DNA of 64,000 nt from Octopus vulgaris. Its lineage: Eukaryota. Below the pieces are notes generated by a model, which had not been told where the DNA came from, did not search any database, and saw only the letters and a list, made by a program, of their open reading frames with translations. The stretch covers positions 43,648,001 to 43,712,000 of the forward strand of contig OX597818.1 in assembly GCA_951406725.2 (NCBI GenBank). The letters are read 5' to 3'. The position numbers and the translations under genes are program-made. Of this stretch, positions 37,554 through 49,623 are shown piece after piece (the first letter of the stretch is position 1; the number at the start of each line of letters is the position of its first letter).

Positions 37554-40500
37554 ATGTATGTATTATGTCTGTCTGTCTGTCTTGTATGAAAACAAAATAG
37601 CAATTAAAATAAGACTGTGCCCAATTAAATTCAAATGTATGATTTAAAATACATACCTATTTGGTCCAACCCTAAATTATGTTTCTGTATCAGCCACTGG
37701 AACCATCTTTTTAAAACTGCAAATTCAAGACCATTTAAATCTTTACTGAAAAGAAAATATATATAATTGAACCCAGTGTAAAATGTTCAGAAATCTTCAA
37801 AGAATTTCACCACACCAGAGTTTAATCACTTCTAGATTAACATTCCTACCAATCACAGGGTTAACATACATTTTTCTGTATGGTAAATAGGTCTGTAATG
37901 CATGAGCTTTCCATATGACTCAATTTATTTATACCTGATGTGTGCAATACAATTTTCTAAGGTATAATAAAACTATTTCATCTCAAGTTGTTTTTATCCT
38001 GTGTATCCACCACTAAGACAATGCTTGCACATTTAATGCAGTGTGCCACTAGTATTGGCAATGGTGGTGGTGAAGGTGTTGGTGGTGGTTTGAATCATTA
38101 GATAGCTTGTTACCTAGATGATGTAATTAGTGTTGAAGGCAATTATAGGGAGATTACTGTAGCAAGAATATGAAAAGGATGTAAATTTTAAACAATTGCA
38201 GTGTGGAAGGTGTTTATAAGCCATTTAAGAAACACACAAAAACCGTTAGGTTCACTTCAACATTTAAATTTAATTTGTCAAAACATTTTCGTTGCTTTGA
38301 GACCGCAATCTGTTCACTGACAAAACTTTGTGCTGCACAAACATCGTTCCAGCACACGATCTCAGATCAAGTCACTCGCTATGCAAGTACATCTCCGTAA
38401 GGTAAATTTTACTTCTCTATTTTTTGATTGTGGCTGACTTGAAGTTATCAGCTGGCTTGACTGATAACTCCAAGTTTGTGAACCATAATACTTTCTAAGT
38501 GTTAGTCTCCACTTGTCATTAGGGGTCTTAAACACATGCTCAGATGAGGACTGACCTTTATTGGAAACCCTACATGATGTTAGGTTTCAAAACATGCAAA
38601 GGAGAGGCAATCTTCATAAAACCAGATTCCTCTTTGTCCATGCTTCATTGTAAAACTGCTACATAGTTAATTGGTGTAGACAAAAGTGTAACAAATTACA
38701 TCTTTGATACTCCAAATATCAATACATGTTAATTATATTTCAAGCACTTCATATTTCTATGTAGTTTTTTTTTTTAATTGGTTTGTTTAAAACAGCAATA
38801 ATATTTTTCAGAAATAGCCTTACCTTAAAAAATTGTTTCTGATAAAGCAATGGTAAGTGCTAAACACTGAGCGTTCAAGCATCCTCACAGTTTTAGTCTG
38901 AAATACACATAAACACCTGATTAAAAACCATTTTAACACTAACATCATCTGTGCATTTATTGATTCTTATCAAACAACAAGATATATATACATACTTATA
39001 TATATATATATTTTTATATATATATATATATATATATCAATAATGAAGGGTGAAAATAATTAATTAATTTAGAAATAATCATTAATTTCACCAAGTAGAG
39101 TTCGGCATGTAAAAGACCCATTCAAGGAAGGTTTAAGTAATACTAAGTGATTAAGGGTTCAGCAACGATTTGCCTCACCACACACCGAATTTAGAAATAG
39201 CAGTCAAAAAGTTTTGGCTATTCTTTCTACTTAAAAGGGGGATCCGAATAAAACCAAAGCACTTAAAAAACAAACGGCGCAGGCAAAAGAGAAAGAAATT
39301 ATGAAAATCATTCTATACTAAGTTACCTACGGACGGACGTTTTGGAATTATATATATATAATAGTAGGGAATATAATTCCAAAACTTCCAAGGAAAAATT
39401 CAATTTAACAATTTTAAATCAAATTGCACAATATATATGTATATAATTTAGAGAAAAACCACTATTAAACAATTCAATAAAGAAAGATATTATTCACACC
39501 ATATAGAAAACGTAAGCTATAAAAAAAACTTATTTTAAATCAATAAAGTACAATAAATAGTAAATAGTAGTAAAAAGACCACAAACATTTCATGGCTATA
39601 TTTTCAAATAGATAATAATAATAAAATCAATTCGATTCAAAATTAAATCAAACTAAAATTAATTCTATTTAAAAATATAGCTACTCATCAGGTCTAAGAT
39701 AATAAATAATAAAAAAATAACAATAGAATAAATGTACTTAACTTATACTAATTATATAAAAAAATACGTGTATTAACTATAAATAATCGAAAAGCATTTA
39801 ACAATATTTCTTAAAATAGAAATATAACTTATCTTGTCGAAGGATTTTCATTAACTAACAATTTAAATGTAAAATGTCAAACTTAGCGTTTATAGCATAT
39901 GTTTTCTATATGGTGTGAATAACATCGTTCTTTATTGAATTGTTTAATAGTGGTTTTTCTCTAAATTATATACATATATATATATATATTTTTTTTTTTT
40001 TTTCAATGGCGGCCCATTTTCGCGGGGTTCCACTGTTCCCTTCTCTCTCTCTCTCTCTTACGTTGTCTGCCATTCCCCCCTTCCATTGCTAAGAGCATTT
40101 TTAAGCCAGCCCGTCAGTTCAACCTTCGCATTCCCGGTGCACCCGCCCTTGCCCACCCCCACCACCAATACCGGATATCTCTATATTTTTGCTCCATCTA
40201 TACCGGATGTCGCTTCTCCCACCACCATTATAGGTGTCTACTCTTCGAACCCCCCTCTTCAATACGCTATTTCACCATGCATTACCCCTCTCTTGATATC
40301 CTACGTTCTACTTGCCTAGAACTTGTCATCATTTCTCTGAACCACCCCTCCCCACTGGTGGTCCCCTATATATTTCTGCCCCCCCCCCCACATAAAAAAA
40401 AAAAAAGCACCATCCGAACGTGGCCGATGCCAGACCCCTCTGGCACCTGTGCAGGCGGCACGTAAAAAATACCCACTACACTCGCAGAGTGGTTGGCGTT

Positions 40501-43500
40501 AGGAAGGGCATCCAGCTGTAGAAACACTGCCAGACTAGACTGGAGCCTGGGGCAGTCCCTAGCTCCCCAGACCCCGGTCGAAACCGTCCAACCCGTGCTA
40601 GCGCGGAAAACGGACGTTAAACGATGATGATGATGATGATGATGATATATATATAAGAAACAAGTTAGAAACAATGATCATTACATATAATTCCTCTATT
40701 TGAGCAAATTTGGCTTACAGTTATTCCCAGTAGTCATTAAAGGTACATTACTGATAGGTTGCCCGAATAAAGGAATTATATTTAACGACCATTATTTTAA
40801 ACTTGTTCCTTACATATCACTCTGTGTAAAAACCAGTTTATCTGGAGCCCATCCATGGATTTACAATATAGAATTGTGATCAACTATAACCTGGGACCCA
40901 ACCAAAAGATCACCTGGAGTTCTTCACTAATTTAGGTAATATTGTTAGTCTGATGTGCCAATAGAGAGCTCAAGAAGTATTTTGCCTGGATTGATAATTC
41001 CTCACTATTTGTTCTATATATATATATATCATTATCATCATCGTTTAATGTCCGCTTTTCATGCTGGCATGGGTTGGATGATTTAACTGAGGACTGGCAA
41101 ACCAGATGGCTGCACCAAGCTCCAATCTGATCTGGCAGAATTTCTACAGCTGGATACCCTTCCTAGTGCAAACCAATCCGAGAGTGTAGTGGGTGCTTTT
41201 TTGTGCCACTGGCACGAGGGCCAGGCAGGTGGTACTGGCAACAGTCATGGAAAAATCGTTGTTTTTTTTTATGTGTCACCTGCACACCAGCACAAATGCC
41301 AGTAAGTAGGTAGATATATGGTTGCCCCAGGTGGAAAGAAAGATGGGTCAAGAAACATCCTCAAGTTATAGGAAGGTGAATGTAAGAGAAGTAAAGTTGG
41401 TGTTAGAAAAAGCATCCAGCCATAGAAATCATGCCAAACCAGACATTGGAGTTTGGTGTTATTCTTTGGCTTGCCTGCTCCTGGTGAATCTCCAACCCAT
41501 GCCAGATGTTAAATGATGATGATAATGATACACAGATGGCCAGAATTAGTCATCACAAGACAAGAATTTTATCACTTAGGAGAATCTGTAGAAGGGCCCT
41601 GTCACTTGTTTTGTCATGAGTAATGAATGAAATAATCCAATGTATCAGACTAAGAATTTTTTTTCTTTTAGTTTCTCACTTGAGGCCTGGTATGCAAGTC
41701 AACTCGGGTCAGTAATGCATGGCTGTTAAACGTGAAACTCCACCGTGACGGATCTTGATACAGTTGTTCCTAAGAAAAAAAAGTTTAAAAAAATGAAACG
41801 TCATTTTCTTTCAGAAATTAGTTTGTTGATAGAATGTGTTAGTAACAAAATTTGTGCATTAACAATTATATAAGGTTAATTACAACCAGCATAATTAGAA
41901 ACATCTTTAGAAAAACAAATAGAATCCTTCATTCTCAACACTGCCACTGTCGTCGCTGTCATCGTCATTATTATCATATAGCATCTGTTTTCCAAGCTAG
42001 CATGGGTTATGATGGTTTGACTGGAATTGGTACTAGATTCCAGTCTGATTTGGCTTGGTTTCTATACTTGGATGGCCTTCCTAATGCCAACCACAGGTGA
42101 CTTTTAAGTGTCAGTGGCACAGGTGCTTTTTATGTGTCATCAGTACTAGCCATGACTATGATTTCACTTGGCTTCATGAGTCTTCTGAAGCACAGCAAAT
42201 CACCAAAGGTCTCAATCACTTGTCATCACCTCCGTGAAACCCAACATCCGAAGAACATGCTTCACCACCACGTCCCATGTCTTCCTGGGTCTACCTCTTC
42301 CACAAGCGCCCTCCATGGTTAGAAACTGACACTTCTTTACACAGCTGTCCTCATCTATAAGCATCACATGACCATACCAACACAGTCTTCTCTCTTGCAC
42401 ATCACATCTGATGCCTCTTATGCCCAATTTTTCTCTCAAGTTGCTTACACTGTATCATACATGAACATTCATTTTGCTACAGTTGAAAACCTTACATTTA
42501 AGGAGTTGCACATTTTGAAACAGAAGAATAGGCTCAAATAAAATGGCCTGAAGTTAAACATAATCATTTGTTTCAAATAACCCCATGACAAAAAAATGGA
42601 ATCAATGATCTTTCCAGAGTCATAAGCTCATAAGGCTGGTTTTCCAGACTCTGTGGCATATATATATTCCCTAATACAGTTCTATATTTAAGAGATGAGG
42701 AATTATGTACATTATTTACATTCGACGGATATTTGTCCTCATCTTGTTTGTTGTTAGCACAACGTTTTGGCTGATATACCCTCCAGTCTTCTTCAGGTGT
42801 CTTGGGGAAATTTCGAACTTGGGTTCTCATTCCTAAGGTATTCTTCATATGGCATAGTGGTTCAGAGTGTGGGCTACTAACCCCAAGATTCCGAGTTCAA
42901 TTCCAAGTAGTGACCTGAACAACAACAACGGCGGTGGCGACAACAACGATGACAACAACAACAACAATAATAATAATAACATCGAAGAATACCTTAGGAA
43001 TGAGAACCCGGTTCGAAATTTCCCCAAGACACCTGAAGAAGGCTGGAAGGTATATCAGCAGAAACGTTGTGCTAACAACAAACAAGATGAGGACAAATAT
43101 CCGTTGAATGTAAATAATGTATATATATATTCCGTCGGATAGAACACTGGTCTATTGTGAGATTACTCGTTTTTACCAGCTGAATGGATTGGAACAATGT
43201 GAAAAGAAGTGATTTGTTCAAGAACACAAAAGAATTGCCTGGTTCAGAAACCAAAAGCCACAATCTTACTCCAGTGCTGGTGTCATGTAAAAAAGCATCT
43301 GTGTTGTTGCTACGTAAAAAGCACCCAGTACACTCTGTAAAGTCATTGGCATTAGGAAGGGCATCCAGCCCATAGGAACCATGCCACAACAGAAGACTGG
43401 AGCCTGGTGCAGCCCTGTGGCTTGCCAGCTCCTGTCAAACTGTCCAACCCATGCCAACATGGAAAACGGATGTATGATGATAATGATGAGAGGTACAACA

Positions 43501-46500
43501 CCCTAACCACTAAGCCACAAACCTCCACAATCGTTTTATATTCAAAGTTGTATAAATGAAATTTAGAAGAAGAACAAACTCACCAAAGAATTATGACCAT
43601 CAACATTTATCCATTGCTCTATTGGTTCCTGCATTGTCTACAAAACAAAATTAATTTATATAATAAATAAATTATAAATTCTATATATGTATGTGTGTGT
43701 AACCCATGCCTGAGGTTAGAACCATGTCAGTGCCTACAACCATGCTTGTACCTGTCAAAAACTAGATATTGCCTTTTAATTATAGATAAACACTGTCATG
43801 ATTCACATATAAGGTGATGTGACTGGTTTATTTATATTATTTATATTTTAGTACAAAGCTCTGACATCTGGCAACTGACTTGGTAGACACCCACAAGACT
43901 ATACACTATCTTTCCAACAAGTTTGGGCACCCTTTTGAATTTGATATGTCTAACACTCATGGACATGCTTACAAAATCAAAAAACAACACAACCCCAATG
44001 ATTTTCAGAAACATTTTTTTCCTGCTCAGAATTGCAGAAGCATGGAATAAACTATCTGCATTAGTTGTTGGCTGCTAAGACACTGCATCCTTCAAAACTT
44101 CCATGCTTCCTGAAATTCACCAACAATACACCTGATATCAACCTTACCTCTTTCTTTTTTAATGACTCATTCACTATTCACTTCCTGTGCTTTATTCTAC
44201 ATACTGTTCATGAACTTTTGGCTATTTTTTCTGATGAGTTGTAGTACACCTGAACTCTGTATACAATAAGTTCATCATAATTATTATACTTGAATATATT
44301 GATATTTTCTGCTAATTTACATGTAAGAATAGAACATTCCACCAACGCAAACACATCATAGCCTCGACTTTCATAAGGAAAACTTTATGATTGGGTAAAA
44401 TATTTATGCAGTACAGTTTTTGTCCCTTCTATAGATATTTTTGCTACTTCAATATCTTGTAGATAAAAAGACAGCAAGCTGGCAGAAACATTGGTATGCC
44501 AGGCAAAATGCTTAGTGATATTTCATCTGTCTTTACATTCTGAGTTCAAATTTCACCAAGGTCGACTTTGCATTTCATCCTTTTGGGGGCAATAAATTAA
44601 GTACTAGTTGCATACTGGGGTCAATCTAATCAACTGCCCCCTCCCCAAAAATTTTGGGCCTTGTGCCTAGAGTAGAAAAGAATATCTTGTAGACAAATCT
44701 ATAACAAAAACAATCTTCGGTGAACCATGTTACTAATTTTACTTACCTCAACATTATCAAACTGGTCAAAATAATTCAGCAATGTTGTCTTCCCACAGCC
44801 AATATTTCCTTCAACAGATACCTACATATATATACCAAAAGATTAATTTGAATCAAGAAGTTATATGAGTGATATAACGAATAAAGTAACAACTATTGAA
44901 AAGGTAGCAAGATGCAATGAAAACTTTAGGAAAAATAAATGAATGGAAACTTTTCCAGCGAGTGTGTTAAATAATAAGGCACTAAAAGAGAATGACCCTC
45001 CCCAGACACAACAGAATAAAGTAATGCTTTCTTCTTAAAACTTAATTCTCTTTTACAGATTACATAATTTGTTTTTTTAATCAATATTTGTATTCTTCTC
45101 AAAACTAATTAATGTTTCCATAAAAATTATGAAATTTATTTTAGACATTTATTCTGTTTTGAAAAATGCATTATCTTTTATCATTTACTTGTTTCAGTCA
45201 TTGGACTATGGCCATGCTGGAGCACTGCCCTGAGGAGTTTAGCCACACAAATTGTTCCCAGTACTTATTTTTGAAGTCTGGTAGTTTTTTTTGTCCGTCT
45301 CTTTTGCTGAACTGGTAAGTTATGGGCAGGTAAATAAGCCAACATCATTTGTCGAATGTTGGTGGTAGGACAAACACACACATACATACATATACACAAT
45401 AGACCTCTGCATCTACCAAATTCACTAACAAGGCATTGATTGACCCTGGGTTATAGCAGAAGACACTTGCCCAAGGTACCACGCAGTGGAACTGAACCTG
45501 AAATCATGTAGTTGCAGAGCGAGCTTTCTGACCACATAGCCATGCCTGCACCTATTATTTAGTTCTTCCAAAACTAATTTCCATTTCTATAAAAACAATG
45601 AAATTAATTGAAGACGTTTATTTTAAAAATTGTAGGACCAGGATTGTGTATTTTAGTAATCTTTAGAATTTGCTTAGCTATTGATGGAGTCTCTAAAGAA
45701 TCATTTAACCTACTAGAAACAGCAGCCAAGTTCTCTCTCAAATAACATCCTACTATCTTTAAAAAAGAGGACATATCAGCTGCTGCAATCTGAGATACAC
45801 TGTGTTTGAAAATAGGTTATGATTTGAATGTCTTTATTCACAGATCTACTTCCTGTGGCAGTCCTAGGGCAATGCAACAACAAAAGCTCATACAGTGTTT
45901 ATTAAATATAAAGCAAGTTACAGTATTCTGGATGTATAATATTCCTTTGTGTGTGTGTGTGTGTGTTTTTAATGATTTTTCTGACAAGGTAATGCAGCAG
46001 CCTTGACTGATGGAGAGGAAAAGAAAAAACCACAACACAGAGGCTACTACAATAGAAAGCTTGACACAAATATATCAAGTTATTGTTAGACTATTGACCA
46101 ATTATCAATAAATATTGAATAACATAAGATTCCAAACTAAATCAAATATCCTGCTGGAAAAATGCTAGTTTGTTTCAGGTAACATCTCTAGTAATTATTC
46201 TTTAATGGCAATACCATATTAAGAAAATTTTTTCAAGAAGTACTGCTAATGTCAGAATGTTAGCATGAATAACATTCATATAACTGGGCATCAATATTAT
46301 TTAACATCCACTTTTCTGTGCTTGTATGGGTCAGGTGCAGTTTTTTGAGGCAGAATTTCTACAGCTGGAAGTCCTTCCTGTTGCCAATCCTCACCTGTTT
46401 TCAAGCAAGGTAACATTTCTCCATAGCCAGACATATCTTTGCAGAATATTGGAAATGAATGACACTCCTTATGTGATAGTGACACTCATTCACACTAACA

Positions 46501-49500
46501 TGTGATGTCAAGGTGAGGAGACACAAACATATACTCACACATACTGGGTCATCCCATATATAATGCGCTTTTTTTATACTTCTTTTATTTTTCAAGATTA
46601 AGATAAAGTTCTTTTTTAATATAAAATATCCTCTCCTTCATTTTCTACAACATTCTTCCATCTGTCTGGTAGACCTGCAAAGCCCCTCTTCCAAAATTCA
46701 CTTGTCTGTGACGAAAAATACTCCTCCTGTTCTGACCTCAACTACAGGATTCATATTTTTCTCATCCAAATGATTTTGAAGACTGTGGAATAAATGATAA
46801 TCAGATGGGGCAATGTCTGGTGAATATGGTGGGTGGGGCATCATTTCCCATTCAAACTGCTCCAGCCTTTAGAATGTCATCCTTGCCGTATGTGGCCGAG
46901 CATTATCCTGATGGAAGAACACCTTTTGTCTTGAAACCAAAGACGGTTGTTTTCCTTCTGGTGCTGACTTAAGCCGCTCCAGCTGCTTGCAGTAGATCTT
47001 TGTTATTGTTTGGTTTGGGTTTAAAAGTTCAAAGTGGACTAAACTTTTCACATCCCACCAAACAGATAATAACATCTTACATGAGTGAAGACCTTCTTTA
47101 GCCTGGAGTGTTTCTCCTTTCCCTAGCCACTGCCTTCAGTGCTTGACATTTTTATAGAGAACCCATTTTTCATCACCAGTCACTACTCAGTCCAAAAAAG
47201 ATTCGTTCAGGGGACATGACAGCAGAGAAGAGCACACATTCACTCTCTGCATGTGATTAGACTTGGAAAGTTTGTGAGGGACCCACTAATCCAATTTGCT
47301 GACTTTTCTGATAGTACGCAATGTCAATGAGTTGTTGAATGACCAAATCCAAGCTTCTCTGGTAGCTCAACAGTTACGATGGGATTTTGTTCCATCAAGC
47401 TTTGCAGGACATCCTTGTCGAGCTCTACAGATCTTCCAGGACAAAGCTCATTTTCTAGGCTGTAGTTTCTGGCTAGGAATTTCTGGAACTACTGTTGATA
47501 CTGGCTTATGCTTATTTTCCGATCTCCATATACTGCATTAATATTTCTTGCACTTTCCATTGTGTTGTTGCCTTTATTGAACTCATAAAGCAAAATATGC
47601 CGAATATGCTCCTTTCTCAGTTCTATTAGATTGATAGCTTTGAAAACATAACTGTTAAAATCGAACTGCACTCTTCAAAACTTGAACTATGAATAAGGAC
47701 GAGGTAAAATTACTCCCTGCTTTTATAGAAGTTGATGCAGGTAGTTTATCCCATCCTCCTGACTTTTAGTTCATGCAATTGAAAAAACTGCATTATTTAT
47801 GGGATGACTCAATACATATATGTGTGAGTGTATGATAGGCTTCTTTCAATTTCTATCAACTAAATCCACTCACAAAGTTTTGGTTAACCTGAAGCTATAG
47901 CAGAAAACACTTGCCCAAAGTGCCATGCAGTGGAACTGCACCTGAAACTATGTGATTTCAAAGCAAACTTCTTAACTAGATAGCCATGCCTGTGCCTTTA
48001 AGTTAAATCATTACCACAATCTGACTTGAAAATTCTATTCTACTGCAAGTATTGAGACCTGCTAAAGGCACTGAAAGACTAGGTGGTGATACAAAACTGA
48101 GCAACTGGCACTTGGGCTAGTGACACGTGAAAAACTATTTGAGCAAGGTCACTGCCAGTGCCACTGGACTGGCGCCTGTGCAGGTGGCACGTAAAAAATA
48201 CCATTTGAACGTGACTGTTGCCAGTACCACTTGACTGGCCCTCATGCCAGTGGAACGTAAAAGCACCCACTACACTCTCGGAGTAGTTGGCGTTAGGAAG
48301 GGCATCCAGCTGTAGAAACTCTGCCAGATCAAGACTGGAGCCTGGTTCAGCCATCTGGTTTGCCAGTCCTCAGTCAAATCGTCCAACCCATGCTAGCATG
48401 GAAAGCGGATGTTAAATGATGATGATTATGATCCATAAACATGTACAGCCAATTCAAGTGGTTTCTGCTCAGTTCCCACCTACTGAATCTCACTTAGGCT
48501 TGGGTTGATCCAAGGTCAGCAGATGCTTGCCCAAAATGATGCGTAGTGAGATGAAACCTGGAACCCTATGCTTGTGAAGCAAACTTGTTAACAAGAGGGC
48601 TATGCCTGCAACCATTGTCTACTAACACCAATAAACAACTGGAGAAGTACTGTGGCAGTGAAGTTAAGGAACTATACTGCTGATCATGTAGCAGTGATTT
48701 TAAATCTGTCTATGAGCCTTCTGTGTGTAGATAAGGAGTAGAACACTGTTTGTCTCAAGTCTAGAGTACTAATGTCTTCCACTCCTGCATTATGGTTAAG
48801 TTGTAGACTTAGCTGTACACTGAGCAAACATGGATAAATAGATGCAATATTGGAAATAGATAAACAATACAAATGTTCAATCTATAACTGATTAAAGCAC
48901 GAACAAAATATTTTAGCAGAAATATCCATAGACACATGCAAGGTTTTAAAAGCCTCTTCCGTATATACTGTAATTTCATTCTTTAATTCAGTAAAACACT
49001 TCGAAGCTTTGCAATTCAGAACACAAAAAAGAGAACGAAAAGTCTGACATGTGACTGTGATCATCAAAATCACTAGTTGTGTGAAAGCCTAACTATCAAT
49101 AAATATAGATTGATACTAAACTAGTCTCAAACTTGAATATAAAAAAAAACCAGTTGAAGAGAATGCCAGTTTATTTCAGGCAACATTCCCAGATCTGATA
49201 GCTGTACCTTAATGGAAACAGAAATTTCCAAGGATTGCAGCTAATGTCAATGTAAGTAAGTATAAAATCATATAATTCAATAGTTTGACAGGACCTGATG
49301 GAATAGAAGCCTGCACTGCTTTCCAATGTTTTAGTTTTGGGGTGGTCTCCACAGATGGATGCCATTCCTAATGTCAACTACTTTACAAAGTACAGGGTAC
49401 TGTGTTCATGGCACCTGCACAAGTGAGGTCACCTTGTAATTGGCAAGACTAAAAAATTGCCATGACTGAAAGGAGAATAAGAGAGAGGGAGGGAGAGAGA

Positions 49501-49623
49501 GATGGAGGTTGATTTTAGGAGATGAAAAGATGAAGTATGATGAGGAAATTATTACCATAATCTGCTTTGGAAAATTCTTGACTTCCTTTAATGCAGAGCA
49601 ATTTTTTCTGTGGAGTATTTTAT
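28498..49623 (-). CDS. TK2: Deoxynucleoside kinase, TK2/dNK family (5' end unresolved)
   Basis: Exons (minus): 49623-49556, 44821-44747, 43637-43584, 41769-41680, 38897-38824, 37745-37657, 35389-35310, 34191-34111, 28581-28498. Motifs: P-loop VEGNIGCGKTT, catalytic EP, ERS motif, lid RLKKRCRKEE, LHKIHEEWL. Exon sizes 75/54/90/74/89/80/81 match the vertebrate TK2 layout as I recall it. Orthology to TK2 is inferred. Confidence 0.88.
29973..31892 (-). mobile_element. Longer decayed non-autonomous Helitron-like element
   Basis: TCTATATATATAAAAG start at 31892; degenerate hairpin plus CTAG end at 29973; internal tandem duplication of about 52 bp at 31236-31347. Confidence 0.5.
33347..33850. mobile_element. 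pogo/Tigger-like MITE
   Basis: TA flanks; CTTGAGTATAATACGCA / TGCGGATTATACTTAAG inverted ends. Confidence 0.65.
34111..34191 (-). CDS. TK2: Kinase exon
   Basis: SLLENLHKIHEEWLIKQSYGPLPAPVK, cag/gtaagt. Confidence 0.93.
35021..35110. repeat. (GAT)n(GAAT)n compound microsatellite at an RTE tail
   Basis: Direct inspection. Confidence 0.95.
35310..35389 (-). CDS. TK2: Kinase lid exon
   Basis: VYLKADPHLCFERLKKRCRKEEDPVPV, cag/gtaag. Confidence 0.93.
35535..35697 (+). mobile_element. tRNA-derived SINE family D (longer copy at 55997-56296, minus)
   Basis: A box TGGCCTAGTGG and B box GGTTCGAATC followed by a shared non-tRNA body. Confidence 0.8.
37486..37580. repeat. (TG)n(TATG)n(TCTG)n microsatellite
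   Basis: Direct inspection. Confidence 0.95.
37657..37745 (-). CDS. TK2: Kinase exon
   Basis: KDLNGLEFAVLKRWFQWLIQKHNLGLDQI, cag/gtatgt, phase 2-1. Confidence 0.92.
38824..38897 (-). CDS. TK2: Kinase ERS-motif exon
   Basis: TKTVRMLERSVFSTYHCFIRNNFL, cag/gtaag. Confidence 0.92.
39430..39985. mobile_element. Penelope-like fragment with inverted arms of about 95 bp
   Basis: 39430-39523 is the approximate reverse complement of 39888-39980; hammerhead remnant between the arms. Confidence 0.6.
41680..41769 (-). CDS. TK2: Kinase substrate-pocket exon
   Basis: EQLYQDPSRWSFTFNSHALLTRVDLHTRPQ, ttag/gtgaga. Confidence 0.92.
42212..42450 (-). mobile_element. RTE LINE ORF2 C-terminal remnant (also 53000-53200)
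   Basis: RRLCWYGHV...GRGRPRKTW. Confidence 0.85.
42704..43125. mobile_element. Inverted pair of Penelope-like terminal fragments (arms about 142 bp)
   Basis: 42704-42846 is a near-perfect reverse complement of 42984-43125; the spacer holds a tRNA-like SINE head and (AAC)n. Confidence 0.75.
43028..43073 (+). ncRNA. Minimal type I hammerhead ribozyme motif (Penelope-type); second copy at 42756-42801, minus
   Basis: CAC-CTGAAGA-A-GGCTGG..TCAGCA-GAAAC-GTT-GTG: CUGANGA and GAAA cores, stem II, palindromic AACGTT stem III. Confidence 0.6.
43584..43637 (-). CDS. TK2: Kinase exon with catalytic Glu
   Basis: TMQEPIEQWINVDGHNSL, tag/gtgagt. Confidence 0.92.
44747..44821 (-). CDS. TK2: Kinase P-loop exon
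   Basis: VSVEGNIGCGKTTLLNYFDQFDNVE, tag/gtaagt. Confidence 0.93.
46544..47812 (-). mobile_element. Full-length (about 1.27 kb) defective mariner element
   Basis: TA TSDs; TIRs CTGGGTCATCCCATA / TATGGGATGACTCAA; frameshifted transposase with VTGDEKWVLY, HQDNARPH and HPPYSPDIAPSDYHLF. Confidence 0.92.
49556..49623 (-). CDS. TK2: Kinase N-terminal exon (DKILHRKNCSALKEVKNFPKQIM)
   Basis: tacag acceptor, gtaat donor, phase 1-0, joins in frame to the P-loop exon. Confidence 0.6.

Noticed and set aside
42573-43142. Two similar ORFs on opposite strands (RNFPKTPEE.W.VYQ.KRC) resembling a duplicated small gene
   Set aside because: They are a by-product of the inverted repeat, with no splice or protein-family support.
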